Source of the DNA: a virus
IMG/VR virus record: IMGVR_UViG_3300044633_000521
DNA length: 64,000 nucleotides
Direction: 5' to 3' (one strand)
Shown here: positions 19,261-29,006 of the stretch, one piece after another
Position numbering within the stretch: the first letter of the stretch is position 1
How the letters are laid out: the number at the start of each line of letters is the position of its first letter
Notes under the pieces: generated by a model
The model's input: only the letters and a program-made list of their open reading frames with translations
The model's database searches: none
What the model was told of the DNA's origin: nothing
Translations under genes and position numbers: made by a program

Positions 19261-20100
19261 TTAGACGAAAAAATTTGATTGATTAAACTCCAGGTTTGTT
19301 TGATAGGTAGATTCGCAGTTACTACAGGTTAGTGTTAGTGGTGCTATTTTATTTTGGTCAACTAACATCTGTACGTTTGTTTTAATGTCTTCGTAACTTT
19401 TTAAGTCTACATTATCCAAGAATTCTTTGATTTGATCAGCATTGGCTACATGCTGTCCGTCGGCTTCGATCGAATCAATACAGCTAGCTAGCATGTTTAA
19501 ATTCAAATTAGTCAGCTTGGCAAATCCTTCGCGAAATAGTTCTGCTTTTTGATCTTCGGGTAACTCACTGTCAATTATTGAACTAACTAACTTTTGTTGC
19601 TCGAACGTCACTTGGCTTACTTGATTTAAGTTTTCAAAACTCTGCGGTTTAAAATGAAATACTAAATTTTGTATAGTAGCAGTGCTGTTGTAAGTTACGG
19701 GCTTGACGCTGTCTAATAACACACGTAGATCAATAGCATTATCGTTAACTGTTTGGCAGTGCGGGCAAATGCTGGTAAACTCCATACTGTTACCATAACT
19801 GGCTAATCTAATAGCGATTAATATAGCATCTAAATCTACAACAGGACATACCCAGGCATTAGTGATATTAGGACAGCAACTATGAATCATATTAACAATG
19901 CTAGCACCGTTCATTAAGGCATCGGGTGTTTTGAGTAGCATTTCGTCTTTAACAGTCATTGGGTATACAGGAATTTCGCCAGTTAACGGAATGTCGATTG
20001 AACCCTCGGGCCAAAATTTACCGCCACTAGGTAAAGTTATATAAATCGCTGGTTGGCGAAAGTGTTTGGCTAATGGATTATTAGCAGTTGAGTTTTCCAT
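19261..20100 (-). CDS. Baseplate hub / tail assembly chaperone, T4 gp26-like
   Basis: YITLPSGG, YPMTVKDE..L, AIRLASYG, two CxxC pairs (CPHC, CSNC), ends NFFV. Confidence 0.75.
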   Translation of the reverse strand: MENSTANNPLAKHFRQPAIYITLPSGGKFWPEGSIDIPLTGEIPVYPMTVKDEMLLKTPDALMNGASIVNMIHSCCPNITNAWVCPVVDLDAILIAIRLASYGNSMEFTSICPHCQTVNDNAIDLRVLLDSVKPVTYNSTATIQNLVFHFKPQSFENLNQVSQVTFEQQKLVSSIIDSELPEDQKAELFREGFAKLTNLNLNMLASCIDSIEADGQHVANADQIKEFLDNVDLKSYEDIKTNVQMLVDQNKIAPLTLTCSNCESTYQTNLEFNQSNFFV

Positions 20101-20116
20101 CGGTATTTGAACTCCA

Positions 20117-20147
20117 TAAATAAGATAATAGTATTCTAATATTTATA
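20117..20147. promoter_or_regulatory. Face-to-face late promoters for the tape measure (+) and chaperone (-) genes
   Basis: TAAATA at 20117-22 (+); TATAAATA at 20147-40 (-). Confidence 0.7.
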
Positions 20148-20158
20148 GTGGAAAAATC

Positions 20159-22495
20159 ATGGCTATTAAAATTGAAATTCCTGGGTTAGATGGACCAGTA
20201 ACAGTAGAAGGTGCAGCTGAAGAAAGCACCATGAAGTCTATCCTGGATGCGGTTAATCGATCAGACAAAACTAAACAGACTGAAGAAAAGAAACTAGCTA
20301 AAGCCAAAGAAGAAGAAATTAAAAAATCTAAAAAACTAGGATCTGAGCTCGATCAACTAGCAGAGCAAGCTGATGGCACTGGTGATTCGCTAGATGCTGC
20401 TGGAGAGTCAGCAGATAAATTTAGTCAAGGACTAAAACAAGCAGTTACATCGTTAAGTTCAAATATCTACAGTTTTGGCAAGGATTTGAGTTTAACAGCA
20501 GCTAGTGTATCTGCTAATTGGGCAACTAGCTATGATGATCTAGCTAAAAATCCCATCAAAGCTAGCTCAGAACTTATTAACACCAGTTTAGAACTTCTAC
20601 AAGCAGGCCTTGAAAAAACCATAGACACAACTAAAGGTATTGCTGGCGGCCTATTAGGTATGATACCTGTTATCGGCGATGGAGCAGCTAGACTAGCAGA
20701 CACTGCTGGAAAAGTATCTAAAGGAGTATTAGAAGCCAGCGTTACTATATTACAAGCAAGTAATAAAGTATTTGCGGCCGAACTACAAAAACGTACAGAA
20801 GCATTATCTGCGTTTACTAAAGCAGGAGCTAGCTTTGCTGGTGGTATGACTGAAATGTCTACTATAGCTAACGAAAGCGGACTAGGTATAGCAGATTTTA
20901 GCAGAGTTGTCGGCAATTCAAGAGAAGACATCCGTGGTATGGGGTTAAGTGCTAGTGAAGGATCGTTGCTACTAAGCAAAGGTCTTAAGGGAATGGCATC
21001 TGGAACAAATTCAGTGCGTAATCAACTACTAGCGTTGGGCTACGGTTACGAAGAACAAGGTGAGATTTTAGCACAATATGCCGCCCAGCGTCAGTCTGAG
21101 GGTAGATTGCGCGGCATGAGTGAAGCACAATTGGCTAAAGGTACCCAAGAGTATGCTACTAACTTAAAAGTACTGAGTGACATAACAGGCAAAGATGCTA
21201 AAGCTGCTATGGAAAAAGCACGTGATGAAAGTATGCGTTCTTCATTGATGGCATCATTATCAGGCGATCAACTTGAAGCTTTTAAATTGGCTTATAGTCA
21301 ATTAGAAACATTGGGCCCAGAATATCAACGTGCTCTAGTACAAAAAATGGTAGGCGGGGCAGTGGCTATACCGGGTATTGTGGCTAATAAACAAGCTATG
21401 CAGATTATTGACAGCATTTCAGGCGCTGTTAAATCTGGTAGTAAAAATATCACATCAGAAACTCAAAACTTTATTGCTGAAAATGCTAAACAGTATCGTG
21501 CGGCTAGAGAAGGATACGGACAAGCAGTTGACTTAGCCGCAGTGTATGGAGTACAAGGCGCTGAACAATTTGCTGCTATCGGTAACGCTTTAGAAAAATA
21601 CCTATTAGATCCAGGCGCTGCAGAAGCATCAGCTAAACGAGCAGAATCACAACAAACAGCCTCGGATGAGTTGACTACCGGATTTCAAGCTGCTACTGAA
21701 GAAACTAAAAAGTTTCAAGTAGCTATGGAAACTTTAACTGGAACGTATATGAAAGACTATGCTAACATAGTCAAAGCCACAGTTGAAACTACTAGTAAAA
21801 TGCTTCGAGGAGCAGCGGAGTTTGCTAAAACTGGAGATCTTTCAGCTTTTCAAAAGACTATGGGATTAGAGTCAGGAACTACAGAAACTGATACTAAGCC
21901 AAAAAACATACTTGGTAAAAACACCAATGAACGAGGGGAAGTGAAAGCTGGCCGTGGTGCTGTAGTCGGGCATGATTTTCCATCAGTTGAAGAAGCAGCC
22001 AAACAAGGATACGAGCCAGTTTATGTCACAGCAGGCCGCGCTGGTAGACGAATAGTTGATTGGAAACCGGCTACAGCAGTGCCGGCGGAAACTAAAGGAT
22101 ATGCTAAAGGTGGCAACATCAAACCAGGCCAAATTGGTATTACAGGTGAACAAGGTCCAGAATTAGTAGTAGGCCCGTCGTCTATTGTGCCAAACAATAT
22201 CACTGAACAATTAATAGGCATCATTGACAGTCAAGCAACCCTTAAAGATAAAATGTCGTCGATTACATCACCGGCACAGTCATTAGAACAACTAGTAACA
22301 AGTTTAACTAAAACAACTGATCGAATGGAATCAAGGAATGATACACAAATTATACCTAGTAGTGCTCCGCCATCCGAAGAAATGCCCAAAATGAACGGTA
22401 TACTTCAAGAACAAACTCAGTTATTGAGAAGTCTATTAGATGCGATGTCTACAAATAATAGAATGACATCAGGAATTCTACAGAACTCGCTGTAA
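20159..22495 (+). CDS. Putative tape measure protein
   Basis: 778 aa, Ala/Gly/Lys-rich and helical-looking; C-terminal YAKGG...GEQGPELVV motif common in tape measure proteins; next to tail chaperones. Confidence 0.7.
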   Translation: MAIKIEIPGLDGPVTVEGAAEESTMKSILDAVNRSDKTKQTEEKKLAKAKEEEIKKSKKLGSELDQLAEQADGTGDSLDAAGESADKFSQGLKQAVTSLSSNIYSFGKDLSLTAASVSANWATSYDDLAKNPIKASSELINTSLELLQAGLEKTIDTTKGIAGGLLGMIPVIGDGAARLADTAGKVSKGVLEASVTILQASNKVFAAELQKRTEALSAFTKAGASFAGGMTEMSTIANESGLGIADFSRVVGNSREDIRGMGLSASEGSLLLSKGLKGMASGTNSVRNQLLALGYGYEEQGEILAQYAAQRQSEGRLRGMSEAQLAKGTQEYATNLKVLSDITGKDAKAAMEKARDESMRSSLMASLSGDQLEAFKLAYSQLETLGPEYQRALVQKMVGGAVAIPGIVANKQAMQIIDSISGAVKSGSKNITSETQNFIAENAKQYRAAREGYGQAVDLAAVYGVQGAEQFAAIGNALEKYLLDPGAAEASAKRAESQQTASDELTTGFQAATEETKKFQVAMETLTGTYMKDYANIVKATVETTSKMLRGAAEFAKTGDLSAFQKTMGLESGTTETDTKPKNILGKNTNERGEVKAGRGAVVGHDFPSVEEAAKQGYEPVYVTAGRAGRRIVDWKPATAVPAETKGYAKGGNIKPGQIGITGEQGPELVVGPSSIVPNNITEQLIGIIDSQATLKDKMSSITSPAQSLEQLVTSLTKTTDRMESRNDTQIIPSSAPPSEEMPKMNGILQEQTQLLRSLLDAMSTNNRMTSGILQNSL

Positions 22496-22527
22496 AGGCT
22501 TAAATATAGTATCTTAGAGATAATCAT

Positions 22528-24249
22528 ATGTCATGGAAAAAGCATTTTAAAACAGCAAACGTAAGCGGACAAATGAGTCCCATTAGCGGAGCAGGTCGCG
22601 GCGTCAGTCAAGGCATTGATCCGGGATACCGCAACTTTGCTAGTCAACTACCCGAAGTGTACATTGGGCACCCAAATCGCACCGAGCGTTATAATCAGTA
22701 CGAGCAAATGGATATGGACAGTGAAGTTAATGCTGCCCTTGATATTCTTGCTGAGTTTATGACACAGCCAAATATTGAAAACGGCACAGGATTTGATTTA
22801 TACTTCAAAGAAAAGCCAACCGATAATGAAATTAAAATTATTAAAGAGCAACTACAACAGTGGGTTACTCTTAATCAATTAAATAAACGCCTATTCAAAC
22901 TAGTACGCAACACTATCAAATATGGCGATCAAGTATTCTTACGTGATCCAGAAACATTCAAGATGTACTGGACTGAGATGCACAAAGTAACTAAAGTTAT
23001 TGTTAATGAAGCAGAAGGTAAGAAACCTGAACAATATTGGATTAAAGACCTAAATATTAACTTTCAAAATCTAACTGCTACAGCGGTAGCGGCTAGTGAT
23101 ACGTATGTTAATCACCCACAAGTTGGCGGTCCTAGCGGAGCATACACCCAGCCAAACACTCCTTATAGTGGCGGCAGTCGTTTTAGCCATGCGCAAAACG
23201 AAGCAGTCATTGATGCTGAACATGTAGTACACATGAGTTTAACTGAAGGGTTAGATATAAATTGGCCATTTGGTAACAGCGTATTAGAAAGCGTGTTTAA
23301 GATTTTTAAACAAAAGGAACTATTAGAAGACGCTATCATTATCTACCGTATACAACGTGCTCCAGAACGTCGTGTATTTAAAATTGATGTAGGTAATATG
23401 CCTAGCCATATGGCTATGGCCTTTGTTGATCGCATTAAAAACGAAATTCATCAACGTCGTATTCCTACACAAACAGGTGGCGGACAGAACATGATGGATG
23501 CTACTTATAATCCATTAAGCACAAACGAAGACTACTTCTTTCCTGTGACTGCAGACGGTCGAGGATCTAGCGTAGATGTATTGCCGGGCGGTAACAACCT
23601 GGGTGAAATTACAGACTTACGCTTTTTTACTAATAAACTATTCCGTGGTCTACGCATTCCTAGTAGCTATTTGCCAACAACAGCTGATGACAGTCCAGCA
23701 GCATACAGTGACGGACGCACCACAACAGCATTAATTCAAGAATGGCGATTCAACCAATACTGTAAACGCTTACAAACTCTAATAGCAGAACCGTTAGATA
23801 CAGAATTTAAAATGTTTATGCGCTGGAGAGGTATAAACATCGACGGTAGCCTCTTTGAACTTCGCTTTAACGAGCCACAAAACTTTGCCAAATATCGCCA
23901 AGCTGAGATTGATCAAACACGAATAGCTACGTTTACAGCATTAGAACCCATTAACTATCTAAGTAAACGCTTCTTACTACAACGTTACTTAGATCTAAGT
24001 GAAGAAGAAATGCAGCAAAATGACGAAATGTGGGCAGAAGAGCGCGGCAAAACTGACCAAGGAACGGAAGAAGCTAATCTACGTGCCGTTGGTGTTACTC
24101 CAGCAGCTCTTGACACTGACCTAGGTAATATAGAACAAGCTATGCCAACTGAACCCGGAACAGAGCCCGGGATGGCTGCCGCCGGCACAAATCCAAGCGC
24201 CATGGGTAGCGTTGCGCCATCAACTACAGCGCCGTTGGCCGGTTCTTAA
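22528..24249 (+). CDS. gp20: Portal protein
   Basis: LLEDAIIIYRIQRAPERRVFKIDVGNMP, EDYFFP, LPGG..LGEI.D motifs. Confidence 0.95.
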   Translation: MSWKKHFKTANVSGQMSPISGAGRGVSQGIDPGYRNFASQLPEVYIGHPNRTERYNQYEQMDMDSEVNAALDILAEFMTQPNIENGTGFDLYFKEKPTDNEIKIIKEQLQQWVTLNQLNKRLFKLVRNTIKYGDQVFLRDPETFKMYWTEMHKVTKVIVNEAEGKKPEQYWIKDLNINFQNLTATAVAASDTYVNHPQVGGPSGAYTQPNTPYSGGSRFSHAQNEAVIDAEHVVHMSLTEGLDINWPFGNSVLESVFKIFKQKELLEDAIIIYRIQRAPERRVFKIDVGNMPSHMAMAFVDRIKNEIHQRRIPTQTGGGQNMMDATYNPLSTNEDYFFPVTADGRGSSVDVLPGGNNLGEITDLRFFTNKLFRGLRIPSSYLPTTADDSPAAYSDGRTTTALIQEWRFNQYCKRLQTLIAEPLDTEFKMFMRWRGINIDGSLFELRFNEPQNFAKYRQAEIDQTRIATFTALEPINYLSKRFLLQRYLDLSEEEMQQNDEMWAEERGKTDQGTEEANLRAVGVTPAALDTDLGNIEQAMPTEPGTEPGMAAAGTNPSAMGSVAPSTTAPLAGS

Positions 24250-24270
24250 CAGCTTGTGGTAAATAAGAAT

Positions 24271-24495
24271 ATGAACTTATTAGAAATTTTTGACAAAGAA
24301 TTGCCGGGTTATTCCACTGAGAAAGATGACAACACGACTGTGTCATTGAATGACCTGCGTAAAACTAAATTAACGCTAGCGCAGTTAAATCGCCTACGCA
24401 TTATGAATGATGTACGCAAGTTAGAAAAAGAACAGAAGATAGAAAAAGTTCAAACTCAATACGAACCACCGGCAGAACCAACTGCCGGTATGTAG
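24271..24495 (+). CDS. Small head-module protein
   Basis: ATG 24271 five nt after TAAATA; RKTKLTLAQLNRLR; between portal and core genes. Confidence 0.65.
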   Translation: MNLLEIFDKELPGYSTEKDDNTTVSLNDLRKTKLTLAQLNRLRIMNDVRKLEKEQKIEKVQTQYEPPAEPTAGM

Positions 24496-24625
24496 TTATC
24501 TCCCAAAACGAATCAAAAACAACGCATTTAACCACAATTTTATCTTATATATGTAAATAATATTACAGAGATATATCTATATAATTGTATATCGACAATT
24601 ATAAACTTAATATTAAGGAGTTCAC

Positions 24626-25507
24626 ATGAACAAGTACGAACAGTTAATTGAATTCATCATTAATGATGATTCTGACAAGGCTCGTGAATTATTCCACAAC
24701 ATCGTTGTTGAAAAATCACGTGACATTTACGAAAGCCTTATCGACGAAACAGACCTAGATGAAAATCTTGGCGGTAACCAAGTTAAAGGTCTAGTTGACG
24801 AAATTCAAGTCGACGAAGAAGGCATTAGCGAAGAAGAAGAAGGCGAAGAAGAATTTGGATCTGAAGAAGGTTCAGAATTAGATAACGACTTTGATGATAG
24901 CGGCGATTTAGACTCACACGAAGAAGAACACGCCAGTGATGAAGAACGCATTACTGACTTAGAGTCAGCACTTGACGAACTTAAAGCTGAATTTGATGCT
25001 TTAATGGCCGGCGAAGAAAACGAACCAGAACACGCTGACATGTTCGGTGGCGACGAAATGGGTAACGATATGGGCGGCGAAGAAGTTGCTCAAGAAGAAT
25101 TCTACGAAGCTGAAGAATGTGATACAGAAGAAGACGAAGAAGAAGAAGATTTGGAAGAATCTATTGTTCGTGAATACGTTGAAAAAGTAGCTGATCAAGG
25201 TCAAAAAACTGAAGGTGGCGAAGTTGGTGCTGGTAAATCAGCAACAATTAACACTAAAGGTATTGTAGCTGGTAAAACTGATATGGGCGGTTCATCTGCT
25301 AATATCGCTAAAGGCGGCGCAAATCAAAACCCAGATGGCCAATCACCTAATCGTTCAGTTAAACCAAAAGGCGATTTAATTGGTAAAGTACAAAACACAG
25401 CTGGTGGTACTAAATCATTATCATCAGCAAACAAACCAAAAGCAGGCGAAGGTCAAACTACAGACGGTAAAGTGCCTGTAGCTACTAAAAGCCCGTTAGC
25501 ACGTTAA
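24626..25507 (+). CDS. Acidic prohead core/scaffold-like protein
   Basis: Very Glu/Asp-rich with many L/I-x-E sites; AAGGAG SD; upstream of the protease. Confidence 0.6.
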   Translation: MNKYEQLIEFIINDDSDKARELFHNIVVEKSRDIYESLIDETDLDENLGGNQVKGLVDEIQVDEEGISEEEEGEEEFGSEEGSELDNDFDDSGDLDSHEEEHASDEERITDLESALDELKAEFDALMAGEENEPEHADMFGGDEMGNDMGGEEVAQEEFYEAEECDTEEDEEEEDLEESIVREYVEKVADQGQKTEGGEVGAGKSATINTKGIVAGKTDMGGSSANIAKGGANQNPDGQSPNRSVKPKGDLIGKVQNTAGGTKSLSSANKPKAGEGQTTDGKVPVATKSPLAR

Positions 25508-25520
25508 TTAGGATAATATA

Positions 25521-26159
25521 ATGGCTTTATATCTTAAAGAAAACTTAACCTTTGATGCTGCTAGAATGGAAGTTCTAACAGAAGACCGTCACGACGGTAA
25601 AGGTAAAGATCTTTACATGAAAGGTATATTCATTCAAGGTGGTGTCAAAAATCACAATGAGCGAGTATATCCTGTAAATGAGATTGGTAAAGCCGTTTCT
25701 AGCATTATGGAACAAATCAAGGGTGGCTACAGCGTCTTAGGCGAAGTAGATCACCCTGATGATTTGAAGATTAATCTAGACCGCGTAAGTCACATGATTA
25801 CAGATATGTGGATGGACGGTCCTAACGGCTTCGGCAAATTAAAGATTTTACCTACTCCAATGGGTCAGTTAGTTCAGACTATGTTGGATAGTGGTGTTAA
25901 ACTTGGCGTTAGTTCACGTGGCTCAGGCAACGTTGAAGGTGACGGTAAAGTCAGTGATTTTGAAATAGTCACTGTAGATGTAGTTGCGCAACCAAGCGCA
26001 CCTAATGCGTATCCAACAGCGATTTACGAAGGACTGATGAATATGCGTGGTGGTGCTAAGGTATTCGAAATGGCAAAAGAAGCCAGCGCAGATCAAAAGG
26101 TACAGAAGTATTTGAAAGAGCAAGTTACTCGCTTGATCAAAGATCTAAAAATTAAATAG
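25521..26159 (+). CDS. gp21: Prohead protease
   Basis: NHNERVYP, GEVDHP, GVSSRGSG, DVVAQPSAPNA. Confidence 0.95.
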   Translation: MALYLKENLTFDAARMEVLTEDRHDGKGKDLYMKGIFIQGGVKNHNERVYPVNEIGKAVSSIMEQIKGGYSVLGEVDHPDDLKINLDRVSHMITDMWMDGPNGFGKLKILPTPMGQLVQTMLDSGVKLGVSSRGSGNVEGDGKVSDFEIVTVDVVAQPSAPNAYPTAIYEGLMNMRGGAKVFEMAKEASADQKVQKYLKEQVTRLIKDLKIK

Positions 26160-26168
26160 GAGATCACA

Positions 26169-27269
26169 ATGTTAGATGCTATCAAACCATTGTTAGAAAG
26201 TGGCATCATTAATGAAGCTACCCAAGAAGCTATTACAGAAGCTTGGGAAAGTCAAATTAATGAAGCACGTGAGACTGTTCGCGCTGAATTGCGTGAAGAG
26301 TTCGCTCGTCGCTACAATCACGACAAGACAGTAATGGTTGAAGCTCTAGACAAAATGGTCACTGAAAGTCTTACTGCCGAACTTAAAGAGTTCGCTAGTG
26401 AGAAACAAGCTCTAGCAGAAGATCGTGTGAACTTTAAACGTCACATGGTTGAAAGCGCAGGCAAATTTAATAACTTTATGGTTACTAAACTAGCTGAAGA
26501 GATCAAAGAACTACGTTCAGATCGCAAAATTCAAAACGAAGCAACTGCTAAGTTAGAAAAATTTGTTATCCGTGCGCTAGCTGAAGAGATCAAAGAGTTT
26601 GACCAAGACAAGAAAGATGTTATCGCAACTAAAGTTAAACTTGTAGCAGAAGCTAAAACTAAATTAGCAGCTCTACAACAAGACTTTATTGGCCGTAGTG
26701 CTCGTCTTGTTAAGGAAGCAGTGGCAACCAATCTAGGGACAGAATTGACCCAACTAAAAGAAGATATCCAAGCGGCTCGTGAGAACATGTTTGGTCGTCG
26801 CCTATTTGAAGCGTTTGCTAGTGAATTTGCTGTTACTCACTTAAATGAGAACAAAGAATTTGCTAAACTTCAAGCACAGTTAGCTAAGAAAGACGCTATC
26901 ATTGCTGAAAGTAAAAAAGCAATAGCTGAAAAAGAAACTTTAGTTGAATCTAAAGAAAAAGAAATCCGTGTAATCACTGAAAGTGCTGGCCGTAAGGACA
27001 CACTAACAGAATTATTAGGACCACTAAATAAAGAGAAAGCTGCGATAATGACCAGTCTACTCGAAAACGTACAGACTGAGAAACTCAGATCTGCTTACGA
27101 TAAGTATCTACCAGCAGTTCTAAATAACTCTCCAGCTAAGCCAAAGGCCGACAAGCCAATGCTTGCTGAAAGTAAAGTAGAAGTAACTGGTGATAAATCT
27201 GCTAAAACAGACGCTCAAGTAATCGACAACAATGTTGTTGACATTAAGCGTTTAGCAGGGCTAAAGTAA
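26169..27269 (+). CDS. gp22: Major prohead scaffold protein, gp22-like
   Basis: Coiled-coil, Glu/Lys-rich, between protease and major capsid genes. Confidence 0.8.
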   Translation: MLDAIKPLLESGIINEATQEAITEAWESQINEARETVRAELREEFARRYNHDKTVMVEALDKMVTESLTAELKEFASEKQALAEDRVNFKRHMVESAGKFNNFMVTKLAEEIKELRSDRKIQNEATAKLEKFVIRALAEEIKEFDQDKKDVIATKVKLVAEAKTKLAALQQDFIGRSARLVKEAVATNLGTELTQLKEDIQAARENMFGRRLFEAFASEFAVTHLNENKEFAKLQAQLAKKDAIIAESKKAIAEKETLVESKEKEIRVITESAGRKDTLTELLGPLNKEKAAIMTSLLENVQTEKLRSAYDKYLPAVLNNSPAKPKADKPMLAESKVEVTGDKSAKTDAQVIDNNVVDIKRLAGLK

Positions 27270-27299
27270 TACAAACTTTTATAAAAGGAAGATAAAGAA

Positions 27300-28475
27300 A
27301 TGACAACCCAACTATTAGAAGGCCGTTGGAACGAGACCAAAGACGCCCTGTTAGAAGGTCTACAAGGTTCGAAAAGAACCACAATGGCTGTAATTTTAGA
27401 AAACACTAAGAAGCACTTGATGGAAACAGCATCTAGTGGCGCAACTGCAGTAGGTAACGTTGCTACACTAAACCGCGTAATCCTTCCGGTAATTCGTCGT
27501 GTTATGCCAACAGTTATCGCTAACGAAATCGTTGGTGTACAACCTATGACTGGCCCAGTAGCACAAATCCACACATTACGTGTACGTTACGCTGATAGCG
27601 TAAGTGCAGGTACTTCAGGTGCTGATGCTACTACAGCTGGTGATGAAGCATTATCACCATTCCGCATTGCTACTGCTTACTCAGGCGCATCAACAGGTAA
27701 AGCTACTTCAACTAGCTCACTTGAAGGCGTTCCAGGTAACCGTATCAACGTTCAAATCTTGAAACAAGTTGTTGAAGCTAAAACACGTAAACTAAGCGCA
27801 CGTTGGACTTTTGAGGCAGCTCAAGACGCACAATCTATGCACGGTTTAGATGTTGAAGCAGAAATCATGGCAGCTTTGGCTCAAGAAATTACTGTTGAAA
27901 TTGATCAAGAAATCTTAGCTAGTCTACGTGCTCTTTCATACTCAACATATAGCTACAACCAAGCTACTGTTTCTGGTACTGCTACATTCGTAGGTGACGA
28001 GCACGCTGCTCTTGCTGTTTTAATTAACCGCGCAGCTAACTTGATCGCTCAACGTACACGTCGTGGCGCTGGTAACTGGGCTGTTGTATCTGCAGCAGCA
28101 TTAACAGTTCTTCAATCTGCTACTACTTCAGCTTTTGCTCGTAGTACAGAAGGTACATTTGAAGCTCCAACAAACACTAAATTTGTTGGTACATTGAATG
28201 GCGCTATGAAGATCTACGTTGATGGTTATGCTTCAGACAGCACACCAGTATTAGTAGGTTACAAAGGTTCTTCAGAAGCTGACGCTGCAGCGTTCTACTG
28301 CCCATACGTTCCATTAATGAGCAGTGGTGTTGTTCTTGATCCAGCTACTTTTGAACCAGTAGTAGGCTTCATGACACGTTATGGTTATGTAGAGTTAAGC
28401 AACACTGCTTCATCTCTAGGTAACGCAGCTGACTACTTAGAAGAAGTTGGTGTAAGCAACCTATCATTCCAATAA
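27300..28475 (+). CDS. gp23: Major capsid protein
   Basis: GVQPMTGP, AKTRKLSARWTFEAAQD, YCPYVPL, GFMTRYG. Confidence 0.97.
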   Translation: MTTQLLEGRWNETKDALLEGLQGSKRTTMAVILENTKKHLMETASSGATAVGNVATLNRVILPVIRRVMPTVIANEIVGVQPMTGPVAQIHTLRVRYADSVSAGTSGADATTAGDEALSPFRIATAYSGASTGKATSTSSLEGVPGNRINVQILKQVVEAKTRKLSARWTFEAAQDAQSMHGLDVEAEIMAALAQEITVEIDQEILASLRALSYSTYSYNQATVSGTATFVGDEHAALAVLINRAANLIAQRTRRGAGNWAVVSAAALTVLQSATTSAFARSTEGTFEAPTNTKFVGTLNGAMKIYVDGYASDSTPVLVGYKGSSEADAAAFYCPYVPLMSSGVVLDPATFEPVVGFMTRYGYVELSNTASSLGNAADYLEEVGVSNLSFQ

Positions 28476-28499
28476 GATTAAAACCTTAAAGGTACGATT

Positions 28500-28526
28500 A
28501 AAAAAAGCCCCGCAAGGGGCTTTTTT
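28500..28526. terminator. Bidirectional intrinsic terminator
   Basis: AAAAAAGCCCC-GCAA-GGGGCTTTTTT between convergent genes. Confidence 0.92.
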
Positions 28527-28531
28527 GTTGG

Positions 28532-28861
28532 CTACGCATAATATTCAAACCGCTCTGTAATATCGTAACCATCCTTACGTTTAGCATTTCTTACAGCTTG
28601 TAGTAACGTGTTAGCATCTGTTTGACAAAAGTTAGGATGCTTAAAATTCCACGCACGCTTGCTTTCTGCTTTGTCTAAACAATATAACAAATCCATCTTA
28701 ATATCAAAACTTTTAGTAGTTCTAAGTAAGTCGTTCATATCTTGTATGTCTAAAAAATACTCTACATATTTCTTAGTAGCATTAATAGTGTTATAGTTTG
28801 TATCTCCGCCTCTAAAAGCGGGCTTAATTCCTTTGTATTTTGCATTATACCAAGTCATCAT
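28532..28861 (-). CDS. Hypothetical protein (early-type expression)
   Basis: 109-aa ORF with AAGGAG SD and its own sigma70-type promoter. Confidence 0.7.
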   Translation of the reverse strand: MMTWYNAKYKGIKPAFRGGDTNYNTINATKKYVEYFLDIQDMNDLLRTTKSFDIKMDLLYCLDKAESKRAWNFKHPNFCQTDANTLLQAVRNAKRKDGYDITERFEYYA

Positions 28862-28885
28862 ACTCTCCTTAACTAACGAAGTGCT

Positions 28886-28914
28886 ATTGTACTATCTTTT
28901 AGAGTAAAAGTCAA
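28886..28914 (-). promoter_or_regulatory. Sigma70-type promoter
   Basis: TTGACT (28914-09), 17 bp, TACAAT (28891-86). Confidence 0.75.
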
Positions 28915-29006
28915 TATACGATAAATACTTTGTTCGCTCTTGAATGAGAGTTTATGCGGTCCCCACCGCGTAGGCGTTAGAACGCTAATTATAAAAGGAG
29001 AAACAA

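Noticed and set aside
24568-24603. AT-rich palindromes (AGATATATCT; TATAATTGT/ACAATTATA) before the core gene
   Set aside because: Almost all A/T, so plausible by chance; no function can be supported.
22528-28475. Inteins or introns in portal, protease or capsid genes
   Set aside because: Lengths and motif spacing are continuous, with no splice-junction motifs seen.
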